64,000 nucleotides of DNA, taken from NCBI GenBank assembly GCA_963805415.1, contig CAWDUD010000004.1, forward strand, positions 9,803-73,802, read 5' to 3'. The translations under genes were made by a program, and so were the position numbers. The stretch is from an uncultured Acidimicrobiia bacterium (GTDB lineage: Bacteria > Actinomycetota > Acidimicrobiia > IMCC26256 > JAENVU01). This document shows, piece after piece, positions 47,940 through 57,308 of this stretch (position 1 is its first letter; every line of letters starts with the position of its first letter). The notes below the pieces were generated by a model. The model was not told the DNA's origin. It was given only the letters and a program-made list of their open reading frames with translations, and searched no databases.

Positions 47940-47958
47940 ATGATCAGCGCGGCGGTCA
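47940..47958. repeat. Right copy of the 19-bp direct repeat ATGATCAGCGCGGCGGTCA
   Basis: Identical to 26213-26231. Confidence 0.95.
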
Positions 47959-48595
47959 CGGCCGGCATCGCGAAGACCGTGAGGAACGCGGTGACGAGCA
48001 TCATCCAGACGAACACCGGCATCCGCATGAGCGTCATGCCCGGCGCTCGCATGTTCAGGATCGTCACGATGAAGTTCACTCCGGACGTCACCGAGCCGAT
48101 CCCGAGCATCACGAGGCCGACCGCCCAGAAGTCGGGACCGTGGCCGGGCAGCGCACCGCCGGTGAGCGGGGTGCTGGTGAGCGGCGTGTAGCCGAACCAG
48201 CCACCGTTCGGGGCTCCACCGAGCACGAAGCCGGAGTAGATGAACAGCCCGCCGAGGGCGAACACCCAGAACCCGAACATGTTGAGGCGTGGGAACGCGA
48301 CGTCACGGGCGCCGATCAGGAGCGGGACGAGGTAGTTGCCGAAGGCGACCGCGAGCGGCATGCCGACCAGGAAGACCATCGTCGTGCCGTGCATCGTGAA
48401 CAGGGTGTTGTACTGGTTCGCCGACAGGACGGTGCCGTTCGGCCCCGCGAGCTGGAGCCGGATGAGGAGCGCCTCGATCCCGGCGACGACGAAGAAGACG
48501 AGCGCGAGACTTCCGTAGAGGATGCCGATCTTCTTGTGGTCGACCGTCGTCCACCAGGACCAGAACCCGGTGGTCTCCTTCGGGCGCCGCAACAT
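47940..48595 (-). pseudogene. ctaD: ctaD, N-terminal third (about 218 codons)
   Basis: 'FWSWWTTVDHKKIGILYG...YNTLFTMHGTTMVFLVGMP...GARDVAFPRLN...[38 protein letters not shown]'. Beyond 47940 the open frame continues into non-CtaD island sequence until 47672. Confidence 0.9.
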
Positions 48596-48652
48596 CCCGC
48601 GCGGGGCGCGATGGGGGCGGGCACGGCCGTCATCGGTGGGCTCCCTCGGTCA

Positions 48653-49786
48653 CTACTTCTCTCCCAACAGGAAATCGACGATCGTCGCCGCGTCCTGCGG
48701 CGTCATCACCTTCTGCCCCTTCGGCGTGTTCTCGGTGAAGGACGGCATGCCGGTGCAGGTGGCCGGGGGCGGGAGGCGGCAGTCCTTCGACTCCATCGCG
48801 ATCAGCGACGGCGCGTTCATGATCCACTTCGTCAGGTTCGTACGGTTCACGTCGAGCGTGCCACCCGCGAACGTGCTGCGGCTGCGCAGGTGGGTCAGGT
48901 TCGGGCCGTAGTTGTCGCCGAGCGCGTCGTCGAAGACGTGGCAGTTGGTGCAGCCGTAGGTGTTCGTCGTGAGCTTGTAGATCTCGGAGTCCTTGGCGTA
49001 GCTCTGCGCCGGCGGACCGGAGATGTCGGCGAGCCAGGCCTTCCACTTCGCCATCGGCTCGGCGATCACCCGGAAGCGCATGTCGGCATGGGAGAGGCCG
49101 CAGTACTCGGCACAGGCGCCGAGGTAGGTGCCGGGCTTGTCGGCCTCGATGGTCAGGTGGTTCGTCCGGGCGGGCATGACGTCCTTCTTGCCCGAGAGCG
49201 ACGGCACCCAGAACGAGTGGATCACGTCGAAGGCGTGCAGGCCGATGTCGACCTTCGTCCCGACCGGGATGTGGAGCTCGGTGCTGGTCGTGACCATGCC
49301 CGACTTCCCGCTGCTGTAGCCGGCGCGGGTCGCCTGCGGGACCATCGGCTGCTTCGGCAGCTGGAACTCCCACCACCACTGCTTGCCGGTGACGTCGACC
49401 TTGAGGACGTCGGCGCCCTTGGGCCGCGCCGCGAGGTCCCAGATGGTGGCGACGGTCGGCACCGCGACGATCGCGAGGATCAGCGCGGGGACGATCGTCC
49501 AGCTGATCTCGAGCACCGTGTTGCCGTGGACCTGCTTGGGGTTGTCGGGCTTGCCCTCACGGTGCCGGAACCGGATCGCGGCGTAGACGGTGCCGCCGAT
49601 CACGAGGATTCCGATGACGATGGCGACGAAGAGGATCGGGACGAACAGGTCGTCGATCTTGGTCGCCGACGCCCCGTGCGGCTTGAGGGAGTTCTGGTGG
49701 TTGTCGCTCCCGCCGCACACGGAGAGCACGGCCACGATCCCGGCGAGCAGGACCGGCGCACCGATGCGCCATCTCGGATGCCTCAT
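48653..49786 (-). CDS. ctaC: Cytochrome c oxidase subunit II with fused cytochrome c domain (caa3 type)
   Basis: ATG 49786 inside ORF 48653-49846. Lipoprotein-like 'AVLSVCGGS', two TM helices, CuA site 'GACAEYCGLSHADM', C-terminal heme-c motif 'CTNCH'. Confidence 0.92.
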   Translation of the reverse strand: MRHPRWRIGAPVLLAGIVAVLSVCGGSDNHQNSLKPHGASATKIDDLFVPILFVAIVIGILVIGGTVYAAIRFRHREGKPDNPKQVHGNTVLEISWTIVPALILAIVAVPTVATIWDLAARPKGADVLKVDVTGKQWWWEFQLPKQPMVPQATRAGYSSGKSGMVTTSTELHIPVGTKVDIGLHAFDVIHSFWVPSLSGKKDVMPARTNHLTIEADKPGTYLGACAEYCGLSHADMRFRVIAEPMAKWKAWLADISGPPAQSYAKDSEIYKLTTNTYGCTNCHVFDDALGDNYGPNLTHLRSRSTFAGGTLDVNRTNLTKWIMNAPSLIAMESKDCRLPPPATCTGMPSFTENTPKGQKVMTPQDAATIVDFLLGEK

Positions 49787-49966
49787 GCCGTCGTCCCCAC
49801 GCGGACCGGTCCGAAGGCACGCACCCTCGAATCCGTCCCCGGCCACGTGGCGGCGACTCTATCGCCGGGCGATTCGCGTCGGGCAACTCAACGGGAACAG
49901 GTTCTCGCGGTCCTCCGGGACGCCTGCCGGGTGGGTGGGAGTCCACCGTTCGGGCCGGGTGGCGTG

Positions 49967-50935
49967 CTACAGGCCGAGCCGATCCAGCGCGTGCGCCCGC
50001 CGCTGCCACTCCTTGTCGACCTTCACCGACGTCTCGAGGTAGACGCGGGCGCCGAGCAACCGCTCGAGCTCCAGCCGGGCCCGGGTCCCCGCATCGCGGA
50101 TGACCGCGCCGCGCCGACCGATCACGATCCCCTTCTGGGAGTCCCGCTCGACCCGGACGATCACGCGGAAGCGCAGCACGGGATCCCGCTCGGGCGCGTG
50201 GTGCTCCACCGCGCCGTCGTTCTCAGGTTCGCGGTCGGGCTCGTCGGCCGGTTCGTCGGCGGGCTCGTCCTCGTCGAGGTACTCCGCCGTCACCGCGATC
50301 GAGTGCGGCAGCTCCTCACGGGTCATCGCGAGCAGCTGCTCCCGCAGCAGCTCCGCGACGAGCGTCGTCTCCGGCTGATCCGACACCACGCCGTCCGGGT
50401 AGTACCGGGGTCCTTCGGGCAGGTGGGCGCGGATCTCCTCCACGAGCACGTCGACCCCCGCCCCGGTCCTTGCCGAGACCGGTAGGTAGGCGTCGAAATC
50501 CCCCAGCTGCGCGCCCGCGCGGGCGAGCTGCTCCCCGATCTCGTCACGGCGCGCGACGTCGATCTTGTTCACCACGAGGAGCTTCGGGGTCCTGACCTTC
50601 GCCACGAGGTCCGCGATGAAGCGGTCACCCGGGCCGACGGGGGCGTTGGCCTCGATCAGCTGGCACACCACGTCGACCTCGCCGAGGGTCTGGACCGACC
50701 GCTCGTTGCAGCGCTCGCCCAGCAGCGTCCGGGGCTTGTGGATGCCCGGGGTGTCGAGCAGCACGATCTGGTCGGCCGTGGTCGTCCGCACCCCGCGCAC
50801 CTGCGTGCGCGTGGTCTGGGGGCGGCTCGAGACGATCGAGACCTTCGTCCCGACGAGCTGGTTCACGAGCGTGGACTTGCCGACGTTCGGCCGACCGACG
50901 AGCGACACGAAGCCCGAACGGAATCCCCCCGGCAT
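49967..50935 (-). CDS. era: GTPase Era
   Basis: ATG 50935 overlaps the upstream stop (ATGA). 'GFVSLVGRPNVGKSTLVN', 'LLDTPGIHKP', 'VVNKID', KH domain 'VERDSQKGIVIGRRGAVIRDAGTRAR'. An acidic insert lies at about 50177-50278. Confidence 0.92.
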   Translation of the reverse strand: MPGGFRSGFVSLVGRPNVGKSTLVNQLVGTKVSIVSSRPQTTRTQVRGVRTTTADQIVLLDTPGIHKPRTLLGERCNERSVQTLGEVDVVCQLIEANAPVGPGDRFIADLVAKVRTPKLLVVNKIDVARRDEIGEQLARAGAQLGDFDAYLPVSARTGAGVDVLVEEIRAHLPEGPRYYPDGVVSDQPETTLVAELLREQLLAMTREELPHSIAVTAEYLDEDEPADEPADEPDREPENDGAVEHHAPERDPVLRFRVIVRVERDSQKGIVIGRRGAVIRDAGTRARLELERLLGARVYLETSVKVDKEWQRRAHALDRLGL

Positions 50936-52215
50936 CAGCCGGACTCGGCCCGCAGCGGGTCGGCCACCGCCGAGTCGTCCTCGTCCGGCGTGCGGGGAAC
51001 CGGCGTGATGACGACCGACGCGATCCGGCGACCGTCGACGCGCTCGGCGCGGAACTCGAGCCCCTGGAACCGAACCGTCTCTCCCGCGTCGGGGACGTGT
51101 CCGAGCAGGTTGAACACGAGGCCGGCGACGGTGTCCCACTCCGTGTCGGGCAGCTCGTGGCCGAGCGCCTCGCTCACCTCGTCGATCGGTGTGCGGCCCG
51201 GCGCTCGCAACGCACCGCCGGGCAGCTGCTCGAGTCCGGGGCCCTCGACGTCGAACTCGTCGGTGATCTCACCGACGATCTCCTCGATGAGGTCCTCGAG
51301 CGTCACCAGCCCTGCCGTCCCCCCGTGCTCGTCGACGACCATCGCCATGTGGAACTTCTCGGTCCTCATCTCCCGCAACAGCTCGTCGGCGCGCTTCTGC
51401 TCCGGCACGAAGACCGCGTCTCGCACCGCGACGCGGACGGGTTGTCGACCCGCGCCGGCACGCGCCTGCTGGACGAGGTCCTTCAGGTAGACCAGTCCCA
51501 GGATGTCGTCCGTGGTGTCCACGTAGCACGGCAACCGCGAGAACCCGGCTTCGATCGCGCGGCTGATCGCCTCTTCGACGGTCATGTCGGCCTCGACCGC
51601 GACCATGTCGGGACGCGGCACCATGACCTCGCGGACGAACGTGTCGCCGAACTCGAAGATCGAGTGGATGAGCCGGCGCTCCTCGCGCTCGATCGCCTTC
51701 TCGTCGGCCGCGACGTCGGCCATGGTGCGGAGATCCTCTTCCGTGACGAACGGGCCCTCCTTCAGCCCGCGGCCGGGGAGCAGCACGTTGGCGAGACCGA
51801 TGAGGCCACTCGACAAGAGGCGGAGTGGTGGGAACCGCGTGATCGCCCACAGGAACGGCGAGAGCCACAGCGTGGCGCGGTCGGGGTGCTGGATGGCGTA
51901 GGTCTTGGGCGCGACCTCGCCGATCACGAAGTACACGACGATCTGCAGTGCCAGGCCGATCACGAGCCCCGCACCGCCGAACGAGCTCTCGAGCAGCACA
52001 CCGAGCAGGGACGCGCTGGTCATCTGGCTGACGAGCACCAGGAGCAGGAGGACGTTGAGCGTGCGCTCCGGTCGCTCGAGCATGGCTGCGAGCCGGGGTG
52101 CGCCCTTGCGACCCTCCTCCTCGAGCGCGAGCGCCCGGATGCGGCTCATCCGCGTGAACGCGGTCTCGGCCATCGCGAGCAGGACGGAGACGAGGAGGAG
52201 CACGACGATCGCCAC
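50935..52215 (-). CDS. HlyC/CorC-family transporter (DUF21 TM domain + CBS pair + CorC_HlyC)
   Basis: 426 aa. N-terminal 4 TM helices; 'VREVMVPRPDMVAVE' and 'HMAMVVDEHGGTAGLVTLEDLIEEIVGEI'. Confidence 0.88.
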   Translation of the reverse strand: MAIVVLLLVSVLLAMAETAFTRMSRIRALALEEEGRKGAPRLAAMLERPERTLNVLLLLVLVSQMTSASLLGVLLESSFGGAGLVIGLALQIVVYFVIGEVAPKTYAIQHPDRATLWLSPFLWAITRFPPLRLLSSGLIGLANVLLPGRGLKEGPFVTEEDLRTMADVAADEKAIEREERRLIHSIFEFGDTFVREVMVPRPDMVAVEADMTVEEAISRAIEAGFSRLPCYVDTTDDILGLVYLKDLVQQARAGAGRQPVRVAVRDAVFVPEQKRADELLREMRTEKFHMAMVVDEHGGTAGLVTLEDLIEEIVGEITDEFDVEGPGLEQLPGGALRAPGRTPIDEVSEALGHELPDTEWDTVAGLVFNLLGHVPDAGETVRFQGLEFRAERVDGRRIASVVITPVPRTPDEDDSAVADPLRAESG

Positions 52216-52238
52216 GACGATCGCCGAGTCGCGCCCGT

Positions 52239-52754
52239 TCAGCGCTCCGTCTCCCGCTCACGGAACTTCGCGAGGAGATCGCGCTCGCGCTGCCTCATCG
52301 CCGCCTCGTCCCCGGGGTCAGCATGGTCATAGTTGAGCAGGTGTAACACGCCGTGGACGACGAGCAGCGCGATCTCGTCGTCGACGGTCGACCCGTGCTC
52401 GGGAGCCTGGGCCGCGGCCACCGCGGGGCACACGACGACGTCGCCGATCAGGGTCGGGGGATCACCACCCTCGGCGGGTGCACCCGGCCCCCGACCGCCC
52501 TGGTCCGGCTGCCGGCCGGGCACCACGAGGTCGTCGTCCATCGGGAAGGCGAGGACGTCCGTCGGCCCGAGCCCCCCGAGGAACTTCTCGTTGAGCTCCG
52601 CGATGGTCCGGCGGTCCACGAAGAGCAGGGACAGCTCCGAGGTCCCGGGGACACGCTCCTGGTCGACGACCAGCTGCGCGAGCGACACCCAGCGGGCGAC
52701 GTCGACAGGAAGCTCGTGCTGCTCGTCGGCGCCGAAGATCGAGATGTTGGTCAT
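52239..52754 (-). CDS. ybeY: rRNA maturation endoribonuclease YbeY
   Basis: 171 aa. Zn motif 'LLVVHGVLHLLNYDH'. The start overlaps the phoH stop. Confidence 0.92.
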   Translation of the reverse strand: MTNISIFGADEQHELPVDVARWVSLAQLVVDQERVPGTSELSLLFVDRRTIAELNEKFLGGLGPTDVLAFPMDDDLVVPGRQPDQGGRGPGAPAEGGDPPTLIGDVVVCPAVAAAQAPEHGSTVDDEIALLVVHGVLHLLNYDHADPGDEAAMRQRERDLLAKFRERETER

Positions 52755-53710
52755 CGTTCGTCGCGAGCCGCGTAGGCGTCGACGATGTCCTGGACGATGC
52801 GGTGCCGCACCACGTCACCGGAACCGAGGTCCACGAACACGAGGTCGTCGACACCTTCGAGGATGTCGCGCACCGCGAGGAGACCGGACCGACCCCTCCC
52901 GTCGGGGAGGTCGATCTGGGTCACGTCACCGGTGACGACGATCTTCGAACCGAAGCCGAGCCGCGTGAGGAACATCTTCATCTGCTCGGCCGTCGTGTTC
53001 TGCGCCTCGTCGAGGATGATGAAGGAGTCGTTGAGTGTCCGCCCGCGCATGTACGCGAGTGGCGCGACCTCGATGACACCGCGCTCCATCAGGCGCGCGA
53101 CCGCCTCGGGATCGAGCATGTCGTACAGCGCGTCGTAGAGCGGCCGGAGGTACGGGTCGACCTTGGCGAGCATGTCGCCGGGGAGGAACCCGAGTCGCTC
53201 CCCCGCCTCCACGGCAGGACGCGTGAGGATGATGCGGTTGACGGCCTTGGCCTGGAGTGCCTGCACCGCGAGCGCGACCGCCAGGTAGCTCTTGCCGGTC
53301 CCGGCCGGACCGATCGCGAACGTGATCGTGTGATCGCGCACCGCGTCGACGTAGCGCTTCTGTCCCGCGGTCTTCGGTCGGACGCTCTTGCGGCCCTTGA
53401 TGACCTCGGTGGACAGGACGTCGCTCGGCCGGAGGTCCGACTCGACCATCGCGATCGCCCGCTCCATGCCGTCGTGGTCCAACTCGTGGCCCCGCTCGAT
53501 CACGACCACCAGCTCCTCGAACAGGCGGGCGACGCGCGCCGCGGTCTCGGGGTCACCCGTGACCGTGATCTCGTTGCCCCGGACGAGGATTCCGACCGGG
53601 AAGGCGGCCTCGATGCGGCGGAGCAGCCCGTCGTGCTCTCCGAGCAGGTCCACCATGAGGTGGTTGCCGGGAACGAGCACCTTGACCGTGGTCGACGCCG
53701 AGACTGTCAC
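52751..53710 (-). CDS. phoH: PhoH-like ATPase
   Basis: 319 aa. 'FAIGPAGTGKSYLAVALAV', 'FIILDEAQNTT', 'KIVVTGDVTQIDLP'. Confidence 0.92.
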   Translation of the reverse strand: MTVSASTTVKVLVPGNHLMVDLLGEHDGLLRRIEAAFPVGILVRGNEITVTGDPETAARVARLFEELVVVIERGHELDHDGMERAIAMVESDLRPSDVLSTEVIKGRKSVRPKTAGQKRYVDAVRDHTITFAIGPAGTGKSYLAVALAVQALQAKAVNRIILTRPAVEAGERLGFLPGDMLAKVDPYLRPLYDALYDMLDPEAVARLMERGVIEVAPLAYMRGRTLNDSFIILDEAQNTTAEQMKMFLTRLGFGSKIVVTGDVTQIDLPDGRGRSGLLAVRDILEGVDDLVFVDLGSGDVVRHRIVQDIVDAYAARDER

Positions 53711-53754
53711 GACGCGACGAGGTTAGCGGTGTGGTGGCCGGGAACCTGAGTGGG

Positions 53755-54261
53755 TCAGGCGACGGCGACGCCGGCTCGGAGGCCGAGCTCGTCGAGCCGG
53801 ATCCCGAGCTCCTCGGGGCGCCGGCCGAGGACCGCCGCGAGCACCCGGAGGTCGTCCCGACGGATCGTCAGCAGCCGTCCGTTGAAGTCCTGGCGCTGGA
53901 GCTGGATCGTCGCGGCGTAGCGCGACAGCACGGAGGCCTCGGGCTCGTCGAGCGCGTGCAGCTTCACGAGGTCGATCGTGAAGCCGGCGTCCATGTCTCC
54001 GGACTCGGTGAGGTTGATCTCGACCTCGGCATCGCGCGGGAGCAACTGGTCGGGCGGCACCTCGTAGATCTCCGAGAGACGCAGGAGTCGCGGCACGGAG
54101 ATGGCGCGCTCGCCGCGCTCGTACGCGCCGAGCACGCTGGCCTTGAACTCGAGGTCCGAACGCGCTTCGACGTCGTGCAGGGAGAGACCCTTCTGCCGAC
54201 GGATCGCTCGGAGCCGCTCTCCGACCTGGACGCCATTCATCTGACTACTACTGCCCCTCAC
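53755..54261 (-). CDS. XRE-family helix-turn-helix transcriptional regulator
   Basis: 168 aa. 'VGERLRAIRRQKGLSLHDVEARSDLEFKASVLGAYERGERAISVPRLLRLSEIY' plus a C-terminal domain of about 90 aa. Confidence 0.75.
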   Translation of the reverse strand: MRGSSSQMNGVQVGERLRAIRRQKGLSLHDVEARSDLEFKASVLGAYERGERAISVPRLLRLSEIYEVPPDQLLPRDAEVEINLTESGDMDAGFTIDLVKLHALDEPEASVLSRYAATIQLQRQDFNGRLLTIRRDDLRVLAAVLGRRPEELGIRLDELGLRAGVAVA

Positions 54262-54359
54262 AACACTTCAGCCCCGGGAACGGGCGCGACTATGGCAGAA
54301 AACTCCCCGCAAGTCGAACCTCCGCGCGACCCGCGGCCGGGCCGAACGAACGACCCGCG

Positions 54360-55169
54360 TCAATCGGCACGGAGCGGCACGAGCGCGGCCGCGATCGCCA
54401 CCGCCGCCGTCACCGCCCGCAGCGTGTGCGGGCCCAGCGCCAGCGAGCAGTCGCCTCGGATCCCGTCGAGATCCTCGGTCGCGAAGCCGCCTTCGGGACC
54501 GACGAGCACCACCCACTCGGCCACCGTCGGGTCGATCGACCCCAACGACGCATGCCCGTCACGCGCGCCGACGACGACACCCGGATGGTCCCGCCACCGC
54601 ACGGGCGAGGAGGGCGCCGCGATCACCGGCAACCGCGCCCGCTGGCACTGCATCGCCGCCTCCCGGGCGACCCGTCGCAACCGCTCCAGGGGCTTGCGGG
54701 CCCGCTCGCCCTCCCACCGCACGACGCCGCGGCGGGTGAGGAGCGGCACGATCTCGTCGACGCCGAGCTCGACGAGCTGGCGCACGACCTCGACGCCGTG
54801 GTCCTGGCGCGCCGGTCCGAATCCGATCGTCAGGCGCGGCCGGCGGACGGGCTCGACCATCAGGTCGCCACTGCGCACCACGTGCACCGCGCCGGGCCGC
54901 GTCGCCGCGATGCGGGCCGGGTACCAGACGCCCGCGCCGTCCGCCACGACGACGGTCTCGTCGACCTCGAGCCGTCGCACCCGCTGGAGGTGATGGCCGT
55001 CCGGCCCGTCGATCCAACGTTCCGCGTCCCCGGCGATCGGGCTCTCGCGTGGCCCGGCGGCGCCGATGTCGCCGTGGGGTGCCGCCGGTGGTGGTTCGAT
55101 CGGGTCGGGCGCGTCGACGAACACCAGCGCCCGCGCGCCTGCGCCGGCCGCCCAGCCGGGCGCGGTCAC
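54360..55169 (-). CDS. rsmE: 16S rRNA (uracil1498-N3)-methyltransferase RsmE
   Basis: GTG 55169 overlaps the dnaJ stop (GTGA). 'HHLQRVRRLEVDETVVVADGAG', 'LVELGVDEIVPLLTRRGVV', 'VLVGPEGGFATEDL', 'LGPHTLRAVTAAVAIAA'. The longer 496-aa ORF call is read-through. Confidence 0.85.
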   Translation of the reverse strand: MTAPGWAAGAGARALVFVDAPDPIEPPPAAPHGDIGAAGPRESPIAGDAERWIDGPDGHHLQRVRRLEVDETVVVADGAGVWYPARIAATRPGAVHVVRSGDLMVEPVRRPRLTIGFGPARQDHGVEVVRQLVELGVDEIVPLLTRRGVVRWEGERARKPLERLRRVAREAAMQCQRARLPVIAAPSSPVRWRDHPGVVVGARDGHASLGSIDPTVAEWVVLVGPEGGFATEDLDGIRGDCSLALGPHTLRAVTAAVAIAAALVPLRAD

Positions 55170-56257
55170 CGGTCGAACGCGGCGCGCAGCTTGGAGAAGA
55201 GGCCGCCTTCGGGCGGATCGATCGTTTCGCCCCGAAGCTGCGCGAACTCCGCGAGCAGCTCCGCCTGCTCCGCATCGAGCCGGGTCGGCACCTCGACCGT
55301 GATCTCGACGAGGAGGTCGCCGCGACCGCGACCGTTCAGCACCGGCACCCCGCGACCGCGACGGCGCACGACCGTGCCCGACTGCGTGCCCGGATCGACG
55401 GTGATCGTCTCGGGACCGTCGAGGCTGGCGAACTCGAAGGAGCCGCCGAGCGCAGCCTGGGTCATCGCGATCGTGTGGCGATAGACGAGATCGACCCCGT
55501 GCCGCTCGAGGAGTGGATCGGGTCGGACCCGGACCAGCACGTAGAGGTCGCCCGACTGACCGCCGCGCGGCGCCGCGGGTCCGCGACCGGGGATGCGGAG
55601 CCGCTGCCCGTCGTCGATGCCGGCCGGTACCTCGACGTCGATCGTCTCCCGCACGCGCATCCGGCCGTCGCCGTGGCACTGGGTGCACGGGTTCGGGACG
55701 ATCTGGCCGAGCCCCTGGCACCGGGGGCACGGTGCCGCGGTGACGAGCTGGCCGAGGATCGACCGCCGGATCTGGCGCACCTCGCCGGTGCCCTCGCACT
55801 CCGGGCACTGCTCGGGGTGCGTGCCGGGCTCGCCACCGGTGCCGTCGCACCGGTCGCAGGGGCCGGGCAGCTCCAGCTCGACCGGGGTCGTGACGCCGAA
55901 GGCCGCCTCCGCGAGGTCGAGGTGGACGACCGTCTCGGCGTCCTGACCGCGCGGTGGGCCGCTCCGCCCGCCGCCGAAGCCACCGGAGAAGAAGGCGTCG
56001 AAGAGGTCGCCGAAGCCGAACGCATCGCCGGGGGCACCCGCGCGTCCGTCGTCGCCGAACGTGTCGTAGCGGCGGCGGCGCTCGGGGTCGCGCAGCACCT
56101 CGTACGCGGCGGAGACCTCCTTGAACCGCTCCTCCGCGACGGGATCCTCGGGGTTCGCGTCCGGGTGCAGCTCGCGTGCGAGCGCGCGGTAGGCGCGCTT
56201 GATCTCGTCGTCGGTGGCGCTGCGATCGACGCCGAGCAGCTCGTAGAAGTCGGACAT
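55166..56257 (-). CDS. dnaJ: Molecular chaperone DnaJ
   Basis: ATG 56257 overlaps the hrcA stop (ATGA). 'DFYELLGVDRSATDDEIKRAYRALARELHPD', a Gly-rich linker and four CxxCxGxG Zn-finger repeats ('CDRCDGTG', 'CPECEGTG', 'CPRCQGLG', 'CTQCHGDG'). Confidence 0.95.
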   Translation of the reverse strand: MSDFYELLGVDRSATDDEIKRAYRALARELHPDANPEDPVAEERFKEVSAAYEVLRDPERRRRYDTFGDDGRAGAPGDAFGFGDLFDAFFSGGFGGGRSGPPRGQDAETVVHLDLAEAAFGVTTPVELELPGPCDRCDGTGGEPGTHPEQCPECEGTGEVRQIRRSILGQLVTAAPCPRCQGLGQIVPNPCTQCHGDGRMRVRETIDVEVPAGIDDGQRLRIPGRGPAAPRGGQSGDLYVLVRVRPDPLLERHGVDLVYRHTIAMTQAALGGSFEFASLDGPETITVDPGTQSGTVVRRRGRGVPVLNGRGRGDLLVEITVEVPTRLDAEQAELLAEFAQLRGETIDPPEGGLFSKLRAAFDR

Positions 56258-57264
56258 CAGTCGGCCGGCAACAAGAGGCGGCCGAGCTGCTGGGACACCG
56301 CGGCCACGGCCGCCAGCGCCTGCGGGTAGTCCATCCGGGTCGGCCCGAGGACCCCGACGGTGCCCGCCTGCTCGCCGTCGACCTCGTAGGGCGCGAGCAC
56401 GAGCGAGCAGTCCCGGAGCTCGTCGACGTCGTGCTCCGAGCCGATCGACACGTTGACCCCGTGGTCGAGGAGGTCCCGGACGAGGCTCACGACCACGACC
56501 TGCTCCTCGAGCATCTCGAGCAGCCGCGCCGTCGTGGCCGTCGTGGCGAAGGCGTCCTGCTCCGCGGCGAGCCGGCTCACGCCACCGACGTAGAGGTGGT
56601 CGGAGAGGCTCCGGGCCCGCACGCACAGCAGCCCGACGGCGTCGCGGACGAGCCCGTCGACGTCGGCGTCGCCCGACGGCTGCGCCTCGGTCGCGGTGAG
56701 CGAGCTCCCGCCGAGGGTGGCGTCCAGGATCGCGGAGGCGCGGGCGACCCGGTCGCCGTCGAGCTCGGTGCGCAGCACTTCGCGTTCGACCGACCCGTTC
56801 CCGAGCACGACGACGGCGAGCACCGCACCGGACTCGAGCGGGACCAACTGCGCGGACCGGACGCGTTGCGCGTCGGCGCCGGGGCCGACCACCACCGCCG
56901 CGTGGCTCGTGAGCCGGGCGAGCAGCACACTGGTCTGGTGGAGCAGGTCCTCGAGCGCCCGGTGGGTGGTGGCGAAGAACTCCGACACCGCGCGGCGCTG
57001 GGCGACGGGGAGGGACCGGGCCGCGGAGAAGTGGTCCACGAAGTAGCGGTAGCCCTGGTCCGTCGGGATGCGGCCGGCCGACGTGTGCGGCTGGGTGAGA
57101 TAGCCCTCGCGCTCGAGCTGGGTCATGTCGTTGCGAACCGTCGCGCTGGACACACCGAGATCCCGCGCGTCGGTCACCGTCTGGGACGCGACGGGCGCCG
57201 CGGTCCGGACGTACTCCTCCACCACGGTCTTGAGGACGGTGGCTCGGCGTTCGGCTGCATCCAT
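56257..57264 (-). CDS. hrcA: Heat-inducible transcriptional repressor HrcA
   Basis: ATG 57264 ('MDAAERRATVLKTVVEEYVRTAAPVASQTV...VSSATVRNDMTQLEREGYLTQPHTSAGRIPT'). A CIRCE operator lies 45 nt upstream. The ORF track start at 57315 would overlap CIRCE. Confidence 0.92.
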   Translation of the reverse strand: MDAAERRATVLKTVVEEYVRTAAPVASQTVTDARDLGVSSATVRNDMTQLEREGYLTQPHTSAGRIPTDQGYRYFVDHFSAARSLPVAQRRAVSEFFATTHRALEDLLHQTSVLLARLTSHAAVVVGPGADAQRVRSAQLVPLESGAVLAVVVLGNGSVEREVLRTELDGDRVARASAILDATLGGSSLTATEAQPSGDADVDGLVRDAVGLLCVRARSLSDHLYVGGVSRLAAEQDAFATTATTARLLEMLEEQVVVVSLVRDLLDHGVNVSIGSEHDVDELRDCSLVLAPYEVDGEQAGTVGVLGPTRMDYPQALAAVAAVSQQLGRLLLPAD

Positions 57265-57308
57265 GAGCTCGGTCCCGGCTTCGCTCGGCCCTTCTCGGAC
57301 CCGACTGA

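Noticed and set aside
47741-50485. 914-aa plus-strand ORF
   Set aside because: It is antisense to the ctaD N-terminal part, ctaC and era, and is a shadow ORF.
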